A DNA stretch of 35,618 bases, taken from contig JBMORA010000065.1 of NCBI GenBank assembly GCA_049320885.1, forward strand, positions 1 through 35,618, given 5' to 3'. The stretch comes from Thermodesulfobacteriota bacterium (GTDB lineage: Bacteria; Desulfobacterota; Desulfobacteria; Desulfobacterales; SURF-7). A model generated the notes under the pieces. That model was not told where the DNA came from. It made no database searches and worked only from the letters and a program-made list of their open reading frames with translations. Shown piece by piece: positions 27,201 through 35,618 of the stretch (positions are counted from its first letter, which is position 1; each line of letters begins with the position of its first letter). The translations under genes and the position numbers were made by a program.

Positions 27201-27665
27201 TCATTGGATCTGGATTGTATCCCCCGCCCGGATCAGGCCGCCTTCCAGCACCCGGCCGAAAACCCCTTCCCGGGGCATGATGCAATCGCCGGCCTGGTAG
27301 TAAATGGCGCATTTATGGACACACTCCTTGCCGATCTGGGTGATTTCCACCAGGACCGTTTCCCCCAGACGCAGCCGGGCGCCCACCGGCAGGGTCTTCC
27401 AATCGATGCCGGTGGTGGCGATGTTTTCGGCGAAATCGCCAAACCCCACGTCAAGCCCCCGGGACCGGGCGCCTTCGATCTGCTCGTTGGCCAGAAAGCT
27501 CACCTGACGGTGCCAGTCGCCGGCATGGGCATCGCCGGCGAGTCCATGGCCGGCGATCAGTTCAGCTTCGTCTACCACGGTTTTCCGCGTACCTTTTTTC
27601 CGGCTCACGGCAATGGCGACGATCGTAATGGCCTGCTTGTTCACTTTTGGTTTTCCTGTTGCCAT
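27201..27665 (-). CDS. MOSC domain protein
   Basis: GDAHAG.WHRQVS, GDFAENI and TQIGKEC...C...GDCIMPREG. Start uncertain (27665 or 27677). Confidence 0.9.
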   Translation of the reverse strand: MATGKPKVNKQAITIVAIAVSRKKGTRKTVVDEAELIAGHGLAGDAHAGDWHRQVSFLANEQIEGARSRGLDVGFGDFAENIATTGIDWKTLPVGARLRLGETVLVEITQIGKECVHKCAIYYQAGDCIMPREGVFGRVLEGGLIRAGDTIQIQ

Positions 27666-27696
27666 TTCCGCCCCCAATGATGGTTGATGTAATTAC

Positions 27697-27725
27697 GATA
27701 TATCCACAAGCGGACCGATTGTCAA
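27697..27725 (-). promoter_or_regulatory. Possible sigma70 promoter for MOSC-cysK
   Basis: TTGACA-17 bp-TATATC on the minus strand. Confidence 0.45.
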
Positions 27726-27760
27726 ACCGGCCCATTTTCCTTCCCGAAGCCTTTTTGGGA

Positions 27761-28507
27761 TCAAATGCAGGGCTTCTTTCCCTTCGCACCGTTCGAATCA
27801 CCACGGGAGAAAAGCGCTGATACATAAGGGGTGGCAGGACTGCTCTGCACGCTTGCCACGGAACCCACCTGGGCGATGCCGCCATGCTCGTACACGATGA
27901 TCTTATCGGCGACGTCAACCGCCTCCTCCACATCGTGGGTTACCAGAAGTGCGGGAACATCAAACTTGTCCCGGATCTCCCGCAGAAAGCAGCGCATCTC
28001 CAGCCGCAAAGGCCGGTCGAGGGCGGAAAATGGTTCATCCAGCAGGAGCATTTTCGGCCGGCGGATCAGAGCCCGGGCAAAGGCCACCCGCTGCTTCTGG
28101 CCCCCCGAGATCTCGTTTGGGTAGCGCTGATCCAGCCCGGTCAGCTTAAAAGCGGCGATCATGTCGCGCGCCTGGTCCTTTTGCTCCTTGTTCGAAAGGC
28201 CTGCCGCGCCATAACGGATGTTTTCCAATACTGTCATGTGCGGAAACAGCGCCAGGTCCTGAAATACATACCCGAACGGCCGCTTCTGGGGAGGCAGGTC
28301 AACCCCGGACGAATCGTCGAAGTAGAAGACGCCATCCAAAGCCACTCGCCCTTTATCCGGTTTCATAAGACCGGCGATCAGCTGGAGGGTCATGGATTTG
28401 CCCGCGCCCGAAAAACCGAAGAGCACGGCCAGCTCGTTTTCGATCCGCCAGCGGATATCCAGCGTAAAACCGTTGACTTTTTTTTGAAGCGCGACCTGCA
28501 GTCCCAT
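27761..28507 (-). CDS. modC: Molybdate ABC transporter ATP-binding subunit
   Basis: GFSGAGKS, FQDLALFPH, ISGGQKQR, LLLDEP, VTHD; start overlaps the modB stop. Confidence 0.9.
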   Translation of the reverse strand: MGLQVALQKKVNGFTLDIRWRIENELAVLFGFSGAGKSMTLQLIAGLMKPDKGRVALDGVFYFDDSSGVDLPPQKRPFGYVFQDLALFPHMTVLENIRYGAAGLSNKEQKDQARDMIAAFKLTGLDQRYPNEISGGQKQRVAFARALIRRPKMLLLDEPFSALDRPLRLEMRCFLREIRDKFDVPALLVTHDVEEAVDVADKIIVYEHGGIAQVGSVASVQSSPATPYVSALFSRGDSNGAKGKKPCI

Positions 28508-29178
28508 CAGATCATCTTCCTTGAATACCGGTTGGCGATGTATAGAAAAACCCCGGATATCATTGTCATCAATAGCACCATGACATGCGCCCTGGTCCAT
28601 TCACCGCTCGCGGCAAGGCTGTACACCGCAATGGGCATGGTGTCGGTCCGCCCCGGCAGGTTCCCCGCCAACATGAGGGTGGCACCGAACTCCCCCATGG
28701 CCCGGGCAAAGGACAGCACGGCACCGGCGATGATGCCCCGCCTCGCAAGGGGCAGGATTACCCGCCAGGCCGTATGGAATTCCGAATGCCCGAGGGTATA
28801 CGACGCGTCGATGAGGCTCCGGTCCACGGAATCGATGGCCGCCCTGGCGGTCTTGATCATCAGCGGCAGCGCTACGACATAGGAGGCCAGGACCGCCGCA
28901 TACCAGGTAAACATGATACTCCAGCCGGTCCATGCATACACAAGGCCGCCAATGAAGCCGTTTCTGCCGAACAGCACGATCAGATAATAGCCGGTGACTG
29001 TGGGGGGCAGAACCAGGGGCAGGGTGAAAACCACATCCAGCAGCTCCCGGCCCTTGAACACTCTGCGGGCGAGGATATAGGCCAGGGGCACGCCCGTCAG
29101 CAGGATCAGAGCCGTGGATACGAACGCCACCTGCAGCGAGAGGCGGATGGAAAAAAGAACCGGGCTTTCCATTGCCAT
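28507..29178 (-). CDS. modB: Molybdate ABC transporter permease
   Basis: LPLVLPPTVTGY and FARAMGEFGAT...GNLPG.T.TMP motifs. Confidence 0.94.
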   Translation of the reverse strand: MAMESPVLFSIRLSLQVAFVSTALILLTGVPLAYILARRVFKGRELLDVVFTLPLVLPPTVTGYYLIVLFGRNGFIGGLVYAWTGWSIMFTWYAAVLASYVVALPLMIKTARAAIDSVDRSLIDASYTLGHSEFHTAWRVILPLARRGIIAGAVLSFARAMGEFGATLMLAGNLPGRTDTMPIAVYSLAASGEWTRAHVMVLLMTMISGVFLYIANRYSRKMI

Positions 29179-29179
29179 A

Positions 29180-29953
29180 TCAATTACCAGTTTTGAACCC
29201 GTATTTTTTCAGGATTTGCCTTCCTTCCTTGGACAACACGAAGGCGGTAAAGGCGTCGGCATCACTCGCCCGCTTCGTCCCCTTGACCAAGGCCAAGGGA
29301 TAGACAACCGGCTTATGGCTTGCCTCCGGCGCCGTGGCGATCAGTTTGATTTCCGTTGATCGCATGGCCGCGTCGGTGGCGTAGACGATCCCCGCGTCGA
29401 CTTCGCCGCGGACGACATAATCCAGCACCTGCCGGACATTTTCGGTGTAGATCAATTTCTCCTTGATCCCGGGCAGCAGTTTGTAAAACTGGAGCACCTC
29501 CTCCGCATACCGACCAGCGGGAACCGTGACCGGATTGCCCACGGCGATCTTAATGATTTTCGCCGCAACCAGGCACTCAAAGGAGGTGAGCGCCCCGTCC
29601 GAACCGGCCGGCGCGATGAGCACAACGCTGTTGGCGGCGAAATCGGCGCGGGTAGAAGCGATAATCCGACCCTGCCGGGCTGCTTCATCCATGTCCTTTT
29701 GGGCCGCGGACGCGAACACATCCACCGGCGCGCCGCCGGTGATCTGCTTCACCAGGTCGCCGGATGGGCCATAATTGAAAATGCACCTCGTTCCGGATGC
29801 GGTTTCATATATCCGGCCGATTTCCGCGAATGCGTCCTTCAGACTGATGGCCGCCGAAACGGTGATTGTTTTGGTTTCACCGGCAGCTGCCGGCGTCAGG
29901 AAAGCCAGACAAAGAACAGCCGCCGCCGCAAGAACCCCGCCCGTCTTTTTCAT
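29180..29953 (-). CDS. modA: Molybdate ABC transporter substrate-binding protein
   Basis: Signal peptide, SAAISL, SGDL..QI..GAP.DVF.SA, VPAGRY, ENVRQV, GIVYATD. Start 29953 fits RBS spacing (alternative 29962). Confidence 0.94.
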   Translation of the reverse strand: MKKTGGVLAAAAVLCLAFLTPAAAGETKTITVSAAISLKDAFAEIGRIYETASGTRCIFNYGPSGDLVKQITGGAPVDVFASAAQKDMDEAARQGRIIASTRADFAANSVVLIAPAGSDGALTSFECLVAAKIIKIAVGNPVTVPAGRYAEEVLQFYKLLPGIKEKLIYTENVRQVLDYVVRGEVDAGIVYATDAAMRSTEIKLIATAPEASHKPVVYPLALVKGTKRASDADAFTAFVLSKEGRQILKKYGFKTGN

Positions 29954-30014
29954 GATGTTCATCTCCTACGTTCCGAATGATCGACAGGGAAAGCATTCAA
30001 CCGCCATGGCGCAA

Positions 30015-31190
30015 TCAAGTGGCGACGGCATTACCGACGAGCCTGCCGACCAGATTGCCCGTACAGGAAACGTCATAACCGGCCAGGGACGCCAACTCCT
30101 TCCGCATGGCATGGGTCTGGAGCACATCCAGCAGAATTTTTATCGCCGTCAGTTCCAGCAGATCGCACGGTATGACGAGATCGCACCGAACCGATTGAAT
30201 GGGGATGAAATCAAGTTCATGGGCCGCGGCCACGGCCCGCAGCCCCAGCGCGGCATCCGCCAATCCATATGCCACCATCCTGGCCCCCTGGCTGTGATTG
30301 GATACCAGATTTTCGTACCCGGTGACGGCCTCTGTCGGTATACCGGCGCGGGCCAGGCAATCATCCAGCAACACACGCAGGGCGGCCCCGGTTTCCCGGT
30401 TGACCAACCGGAGGCCGCCTTTCGCCAGATCGGCCGGTTTATGAATGCTGCATGGATTTCCCCGCGTCACCATGAGACCTTCCTCAAATATGGAAAACGC
30501 AAACACCATGACCTTCTCGCCGGGCAGGACTTTCTCCACCAGGGTCAGGTTGGCTTCAGCCGGCCCCTGATTGTGCAGATGGGTCCCCGCCGCATGCGCC
30601 CGACCTTCGGCCAATGCGGTTACGGCGGCAAGGCTGGAGGAAAATCGACAATGAATCCTGGTGTCACTGGAATGTCTGGAAACATGGGAAGCCAACAAGG
30701 CAAAGGCCGGATCACATCCCAGCAGGAAAATGTTGTTTTCCAGGGATGCTGCTTTCTGAAGCAGTTCAACCCTATTGCCGTCCTTATCGAGCATGCCGTC
30801 GGCCGCCTGGAATCCATCTCCATGCAACCATTTGCCGTCCATGGGATAGGCAATCAGATGTTCCCGCACACGGGCGAGAGAAACCCGGCCGTCGGCGCCG
30901 GGCGGGTTTTCCGCCAGGGTGACGGAATATTTTTTTTCCGGCATCTCCAGAAGAAACAGATCCTCGACCCTGCAATCCAACTCCCTGGCCAGCCGCAGCG
31001 CAACGATGGTATTGGGTAAATACCTTCCGGATTCCATGTCGTACACCGCCTGTCGTTTGATGCCGACTCTCTCCGCCAGTTCGCCCTGCGAAAGATTGTT
31101 ACGAATCCGGGCGGATTTAAGGGTGCAACAAAACCGGCTCCCGGGGTTCGCCATGGACGCCTCCCGCGCATTTTTTACGATATTGGGCAT
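30015..31190 (-). CDS. XRE-type HTH / PBP-like (molybdate-binding) transcriptional regulator
   Basis: LSQGELAERVGIKRQAVYDMESGRY.P HTH, then a PBP-like domain (GCDPA, SSSLAA, AAGTHL, VNRETGAALR); GGAG RBS; upstream of modA. Confidence 0.85.
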   Translation of the reverse strand: MPNIVKNAREASMANPGSRFCCTLKSARIRNNLSQGELAERVGIKRQAVYDMESGRYLPNTIVALRLARELDCRVEDLFLLEMPEKKYSVTLAENPPGADGRVSLARVREHLIAYPMDGKWLHGDGFQAADGMLDKDGNRVELLQKAASLENNIFLLGCDPAFALLASHVSRHSSDTRIHCRFSSSLAAVTALAEGRAHAAGTHLHNQGPAEANLTLVEKVLPGEKVMVFAFSIFEEGLMVTRGNPCSIHKPADLAKGGLRLVNRETGAALRVLLDDCLARAGIPTEAVTGYENLVSNHSQGARMVAYGLADAALGLRAVAAAHELDFIPIQSVRCDLVIPCDLLELTAIKILLDVLQTHAMRKELASLAGYDVSCTGNLVGRLVGNAVAT

Positions 31191-31230
31191 GCACTTCTCC
31201 AAACCCCACTGCCTCCGCCTGCAAAATTAG

Positions 31231-31276
31231 TTTTAAAAACGTCATTTTTAATAATATTGTAATTTTAAAATGTCAA
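31231..31276 (-). promoter_or_regulatory. AT-rich promoter/operator of the XRE-PBP/modABC operon
   Basis: TTGACA at 31276-31271 followed by an AT-rich -10 region; repeated TTTTAAAA(AC/T)GTCA at 31231-31244 and 31263-31275. Confidence 0.55.
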
Positions 31277-31390
31277 AGGATAAAAATACAGGGGAACCCG
31301 GCAGGCTGCGGGAAGAACCCCGCTTGTGAACCGGAGAACTGCGAACGATGCAGCAGGATGGGAACAGAAAAATCCGAACCGGAGGGAAAA

Positions 31391-32392
31391 TCAGCCTTGC
31401 GCGGTATAATAGCGCGAAGGACCTGTCAGGAAGTCCCACCCGCATTCGGAAAAGATGGCCCGGCAGCTTGCCACGGTCTCGCCCCGGCCGTCCTCCGTTT
31501 TTTCCCGGACATCCCGGGGATTGGCGCCCGCTTCGGCCCAGAAGAGATTGGCCCCGGCGAATCCTCCCAAGGTGCAGGGCTCGTGGGTGCAGTTGCCGAG
31601 TACGTTTCTGGGCATACCCAGCCGGGTGACGGCCACGATCTGGGCCATGCGGAGTTCGCTGATGGTGCCCAGCCCGGCCATTGTGGTACCCGGGATAGGG
31701 ATGCGGCGGGCAGCTCCGCTATAAGCAGGCTGGAAGGATGCCGTATACAGGATCAGATCCGCGAGTTCTTCGTCGGTATGCTCCGGCCCCACCGGCTCCA
31801 CGCAGGTTCCCACCAGAAGTCCCGCTTCCTGGAAATGGCGGATGCTTGCCCGCCGTTTATCAGGCGACAAGCTGGAATCAATGCCCTCACGCAATCGCAG
31901 GGCGTGGTAGACTCCCGCGAAACCGGCATCCTTCATCTGCTTCGCGCCTTCGTATGCCTGATCGCCCACATTGGCGATGAGAACAGTTTCGGGCCGGAGT
32001 TGTTTTCTGATTTCCCTGGAAATATCGAGGAACAGACCAAAGGGATAATAGGCCGTGGTCATGATGAACACGGCATTGGCGCCGTCCTTTTCAAATTGCC
32101 TCGCGTAGTTCACGGCCTGTTCCGGGGTGATCCGGGTCTCTCCCTGAAAGACACCGTTCACTCTGGCAAAAGAGCAGAACCGGCAATCCGCCGGGCAGGG
32201 CGCCAGATTCAAGGCCAGTTGGGCATGAACCTCGGCCTTGTTGCCCGTGAGTTCCTTTGAAATCCGATTGGCCTCGGCCATGACCAGATAAGACTCCGCC
32301 GCATCCGGTTTCAGCCCGAGAAGATAGATGAGTTCAGGCCGGGTCAGTTGCAGACCGTCCCGGCTTTTTTTGAGCATGTCATGAACATTCAT
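31391..32392 (-). CDS. Radical SAM protein, biotin synthase-related (function unknown)
   Basis: CPADCRFC CxxxCxxC motif; TIM-barrel layout resembling BioB/PylB/HydE; RIPIPGT and GAN motifs. Confidence 0.85.
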   Translation of the reverse strand: MNVHDMLKKSRDGLQLTRPELIYLLGLKPDAAESYLVMAEANRISKELTGNKAEVHAQLALNLAPCPADCRFCSFARVNGVFQGETRITPEQAVNYARQFEKDGANAVFIMTTAYYPFGLFLDISREIRKQLRPETVLIANVGDQAYEGAKQMKDAGFAGVYHALRLREGIDSSLSPDKRRASIRHFQEAGLLVGTCVEPVGPEHTDEELADLILYTASFQPAYSGAARRIPIPGTTMAGLGTISELRMAQIVAVTRLGMPRNVLGNCTHEPCTLGGFAGANLFWAEAGANPRDVREKTEDGRGETVASCRAIFSECGWDFLTGPSRYYTAQG

Positions 32393-32445
32393 AAAAACTC
32401 TTGTTAGATCGAGGGTGGGAAACAAGTCTTCACCGGTGCACCGGT

Positions 32446-33087
32446 TTATTCATATCCGCCCATGAATTCCTGGAGGGATTTCCGAAGCCAGCCGATGGAG
32501 TCCTGGTTGGTCAGGATCATTAGAAATCCATTGATATCCTTTTCCTTGAATTTGAATACGGTTTTCATGACAATCGCCGGCTGGCCGGGATCGAAATGAT
32601 CCACCAAAAAATTATATTCCAGACTGCCGCCACGGATCACCCGCGGTGGAGAATAGGTAACGAATGTGTTGAGCAATTCGGACATTTTTCCCACGCAGGC
32701 ACCGATCAGGATATTACCGATTTCCGTCAGCACTTCCGATTCGACGATTTCTTTATGTTTGCGGCTTTCTTCCGGGCCTTGCTCCTCTAAAAAACCCATC
32801 AGTTCATCGCTCGCTCCGGAAGGAAAGACCAGGAATCCCGAACCACTGAAATCACCCCAGAATTTCTGATCCACAATGTTCGTGTTATTCGACGCGTCAA
32901 TGGTTTCCCGCAAATAATCCGGCAAGGAGCCGATGCTGATAACCTGAATGTTGGGGATGCTCAATACCACATAGATATCGATAATGCCGGCAAGATCGGC
33001 CGTTGCATTCCCGAAAGCGATGTTCATAACCTCCTGGAGAATATCTTTTTCATCATCCGTAAAAATTGCATTCATGTCCAAATTCAT
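32446..33087 (-). CDS. CheC-like phosphatase
   Basis: Two E-x2-N motifs (QEVMNIAFG, TEIGNILIG), YSPP; AGGAG RBS. Confidence 0.85.
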   Translation of the reverse strand: MNLDMNAIFTDDEKDILQEVMNIAFGNATADLAGIIDIYVVLSIPNIQVISIGSLPDYLRETIDASNNTNIVDQKFWGDFSGSGFLVFPSGASDELMGFLEEQGPEESRKHKEIVESEVLTEIGNILIGACVGKMSELLNTFVTYSPPRVIRGGSLEYNFLVDHFDPGQPAIVMKTVFKFKEKDINGFLMILTNQDSIGWLRKSLQEFMGGYE

Positions 33088-33281
33088 TTTTTCCGCTCCT
33101 GGTCTTTTTCATCTATCCATTCATCAACGGTCGATGTCACTGATATCTGTTGAGACATAACCGAGTTTTCAGGGATTGTAAATGTTCTTCTGGCGTTTCG
33201 AATAAAAGCAAAGATGTCGTGACCGGCAACTCCCTGCGCGGCAGTTGACAGTCAGCCGCCGCTTGATATAGGTATCGGGTC

Positions 33282-34250
33282 ATGGATCAATCCAAATGGT
33301 TTTTTCATCCCATTTTTATTTTCGTGTTCTCGATCATCGCGCTGGGATTGTCGCTTTTTCTGTATATTTACTGGTATGTAAAAGTCAGCTCCGGTCTGCA
33401 TTCCCTGATTACCCGATTCAACCTCGGTCCGGACAAGGTATTGGAGTCCCAGACCTGGGTAGTCATCATGGTATTGTCGATCCTGGTGGGTATCATTCTT
33501 CTGGGAATCTTCACCATTTTTGTCTATAATCAGAAAACCTTTCAACTCTACCGGCTTCAAAACAATTTCATCAACAATTTTACCCATGAACTGAAAACAC
33601 CGGTAACCTCCCTGAAATTATACCTGGAAACTTTTCTCAAACATGACCTCTCCCGGAACGACCAGACCACGTATATCCAGTATATGCTTGCGGACGTCAA
33701 CCGCCTGGCGGATAATATCAACAGCATTCTGAACCTCGCCAAGATCGAAAGCAAAGGGTTCGGCGAGGAATTCGTCAGGGCGGAACTGGTTCAAACCGTT
33801 GAACAGTTTTGTCATGACAACCGGCATCTGTTTAAGAATTGTTCCATCACCATCACCAATCTGACCGGACAGCCGGTTTTTTATCCGATCGACAAAGCTC
33901 TTTTCGACATGCTGCTCATGAACCTCCTGACAAACGCCGTCAAGTACAATCAATCGGGAAATCCCCAGATCTCCATTTCCTTTGAAAAGGATTTTCCAAA
34001 ACTGTTCATCCGGTTTTCCGATAACGGCATCGGTCTTGAAAAAACAGTTCTCAAGAAAATCTTTAAAAAATTCTACCAGGTGGGCAAATCAGACAATATG
34101 TCCGCCATGGGAAGCGGTTTAGGCCTATATCTGGCCCAACAAATCGCCAAACGCCACAAGGGCAAAATCACCGCCCATAGCGAAGGAATCGGCAAAGGCT
34201 CCGTTTTCACTCTCACTCTCCCGGAACGTTTCAGACGTTCTTCACCCTAA
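33282..34250 (+). CDS. Two-component sensor histidine kinase
   Basis: Two TM segments, THELKTP, NLLTNAVKY, DNGIG, GSGLGL. Confidence 0.93.
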   Translation: MDQSKWFFHPIFIFVFSIIALGLSLFLYIYWYVKVSSGLHSLITRFNLGPDKVLESQTWVVIMVLSILVGIILLGIFTIFVYNQKTFQLYRLQNNFINNFTHELKTPVTSLKLYLETFLKHDLSRNDQTTYIQYMLADVNRLADNINSILNLAKIESKGFGEEFVRAELVQTVEQFCHDNRHLFKNCSITITNLTGQPVFYPIDKALFDMLLMNLLTNAVKYNQSGNPQISISFEKDFPKLFIRFSDNGIGLEKTVLKKIFKKFYQVGKSDNMSAMGSGLGLYLAQQIAKRHKGKITAHSEGIGKGSVFTLTLPERFRRSSP

Positions 34251-34258
34251 GCAAAGGG

Positions 34259-34996
34259 ATGGTTATGCCGGCACTGGACAAAAAACGAATTCTGGTCGTC
34301 GAGGATGAGGAACATATTGCCGAAGGCCTGCGGTTGAACCTGTCGCTCCAGGGATATGAGGTTCACATAGCCGGCAGCGGCTCTGCCGGATTGCAGGAAT
34401 GGAAAAACTGGCGGCCGGATCTGATCGTGCTGGACATCATGCTTCCGGGAATCGACGGGCTCTCCGTGCTCCAGAATATCCGGCTGGAGGATGGCCACAT
34501 ACCGATTTTGATTCTATCGGCCAAATCAACCACCCAGGATAAAATCAAAGGCCTTTCCTATGGGGTTGACGATTATCTGACCAAACCGTTTCATCTGGAA
34601 GAATTCCTGCTGCGGATTGAGCGTCTGCTGGCCCGCGCCACGCGTTCCAGCGCCGGTTCCAACGACGCCAGCAAAGGCCTGGCCCACATTCCTGAGGTTT
34701 TCAGTTTCGGCGACAATCGTATCGACTTCGCCAACGCCATAGCCCATTGCCGGGCTGGAACCATCAACCTGACAGAACAGGAAATCAAACTGCTGAAACT
34801 GTTCATCGCCAACCAGGGAAAATTGCTTTCACGCAAGAAAATTCTGGAAATTGGTTGGGGGTACGCCGGTGTCACCTCCACCAGAACCGTGGACAATTTC
34901 ATCGTCCGGTTCCGGAAATATTTTGAGGAGAACCCTAAAAATCCGATTTATTTCAAAAGCATCCGATCGATGGGCTATCTGTTTGAACCGAAATGA
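34259..34996 (+). CDS. OmpR/PhoB-family response regulator
   Basis: VVEDE, LDIMLP, LSA, TKPF; winged helix TRTVDNFIVR...R..GY.F. Confidence 0.95.
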   Translation: MVMPALDKKRILVVEDEEHIAEGLRLNLSLQGYEVHIAGSGSAGLQEWKNWRPDLIVLDIMLPGIDGLSVLQNIRLEDGHIPILILSAKSTTQDKIKGLSYGVDDYLTKPFHLEEFLLRIERLLARATRSSAGSNDASKGLAHIPEVFSFGDNRIDFANAIAHCRAGTINLTEQEIKLLKLFIANQGKLLSRKKILEIGWGYAGVTSTRTVDNFIVRFRKYFEENPKNPIYFKSIRSMGYLFEPK

Positions 34997-35002
34997 AAGT
35001 GA

Positions 35003-35542
35003 TCAGAATGCACGGAATTCCTTGGTGAATCTGCATGTCAGCAAAAATTCCCAGAAATCAGCGGCATTCCGAGCCACATGGGCCACGCCGGCCCTGGCGG
35101 CAAGAGCCGGATCGGCTGAAAAAACCGGCCCGCCGGCCACGACCGTTGTATCCGGCGGTATTCTCCGGCAAATGGAGGTCAATTGTTCTTCCGAATCCAG
35201 TTGTAAAACGGTCAAACCCAAAAGCTCCGGTTGTATTTCCCGGCAGGAGGATACAACCCATTCCGCCTCCTGCAATACCCCCAATGGAATAACCTTCATG
35301 CCAGCGGCTTCGGCGAACAGTTGGATCAGCTGGATTCCATGCCCCCAGCCATCATCCAGGGTCGCGGTAACCAGCACCGGTGTTTTTTCCCATATGCCCG
35401 GGGTGCTGTTACGCTTTTTCCACTCCAGCACTTCTCTGGCGGTCGCCTCCAGAACCGACCGGCTTGGATTAGCCGGCGATTGCCGCCACTGGGAGAGGCA
35501 GCAGGCGATCCGATCCCGCAGACTGCCGGCTGCCCCGATCAC
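35003..35542 (-). CDS. Cobalamin (B12)-binding domain-like protein
   Basis: Rossmann-like pattern VTATLDDG.G.G, G.KVIPLG, LLGLTVL, VVAGGP. GTG start uncertain. Confidence 0.75.
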   Translation of the reverse strand: MIGAAGSLRDRIACCLSQWRQSPANPSRSVLEATAREVLEWKKRNSTPGIWEKTPVLVTATLDDGWGHGIQLIQLFAEAAGMKVIPLGVLQEAEWVVSSCREIQPELLGLTVLQLDSEEQLTSICRRIPPDTTVVAGGPVFSADPALAARAGVAHVARNAADFWEFLLTCRFTKEFRAF

Positions 35543-35618
35543 GCTCCCTTTATCATCATTCTGTATAATGCGGTCTCCCGGTACCCTGGTGCCGGTACGT
35601 CCCTATTGTTTCTTGGAT

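Noticed and set aside
31277..31390. GC-rich hairpins upstream of the Mo regulator as a possible Moco/Tuco riboswitch
   Set aside because: They lie upstream of the apparent promoter and show no aptamer consensus I recognise. A terminator of the radical SAM gene is more likely. An Rfam scan would settle it.
31391..32392. Calling the radical SAM gene bioB or pylB, with pyrrolysine or selenocysteine recoding
   Set aside because: BioB ligands appear absent, there are no pyl genes or tRNA, and no gene in the window appears interrupted by an in-frame TAG or TGA.

Overview
GC-rich bacterial chromosomal window, probably from an anaerobic Desulfobacterales-like deltaproteobacterium (inferred from gene content and style, not verified). 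It holds 32 intact CDSs and one pseudogene. In order: a 5'-nucleotidase-type lipoprotein and FadL-like outer-membrane transporter, divergent from a two-subunit 2-hydroxyacyl-CoA dehydratase/benzoyl-CoA reductase-family pair, with a FadR(YsiA)-like palindrome between them; a PAS hybrid kinase; a putative five-gene operon (secernin-like C69 peptidase, nitronate monooxygenase/FabK-like flavoprotein, cupin, adenosine-specific kinase family protein, tandem aspartyl protease-PDZ); NDH-2 coupled to a thioredoxin/HEAT protein; DUF3124, a CPA2 antiporter and AraC; an SDR, two acyl-CoA dehydrogenases and an acetoacetate decarboxylase-like protein; an AT-richer islet with an internally deleted AAA/DUF4143 ATPase and vapBC; cysK, MOSC, modABC and an XRE-PBP regulator; a BioB-like radical SAM enzyme, an orphan CheC-like protein, an OmpR-type two-component system and a B12-binding-domain protein. 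I saw no rRNA, tRNA, CRISPR array or transposase. The best candidates for undescribed systems are the heteromeric-looking ACAD cluster, the FadL/phosphoesterase/dehydratase divergon and the secernin operon. All product calls come from motif recognition, not database searches.
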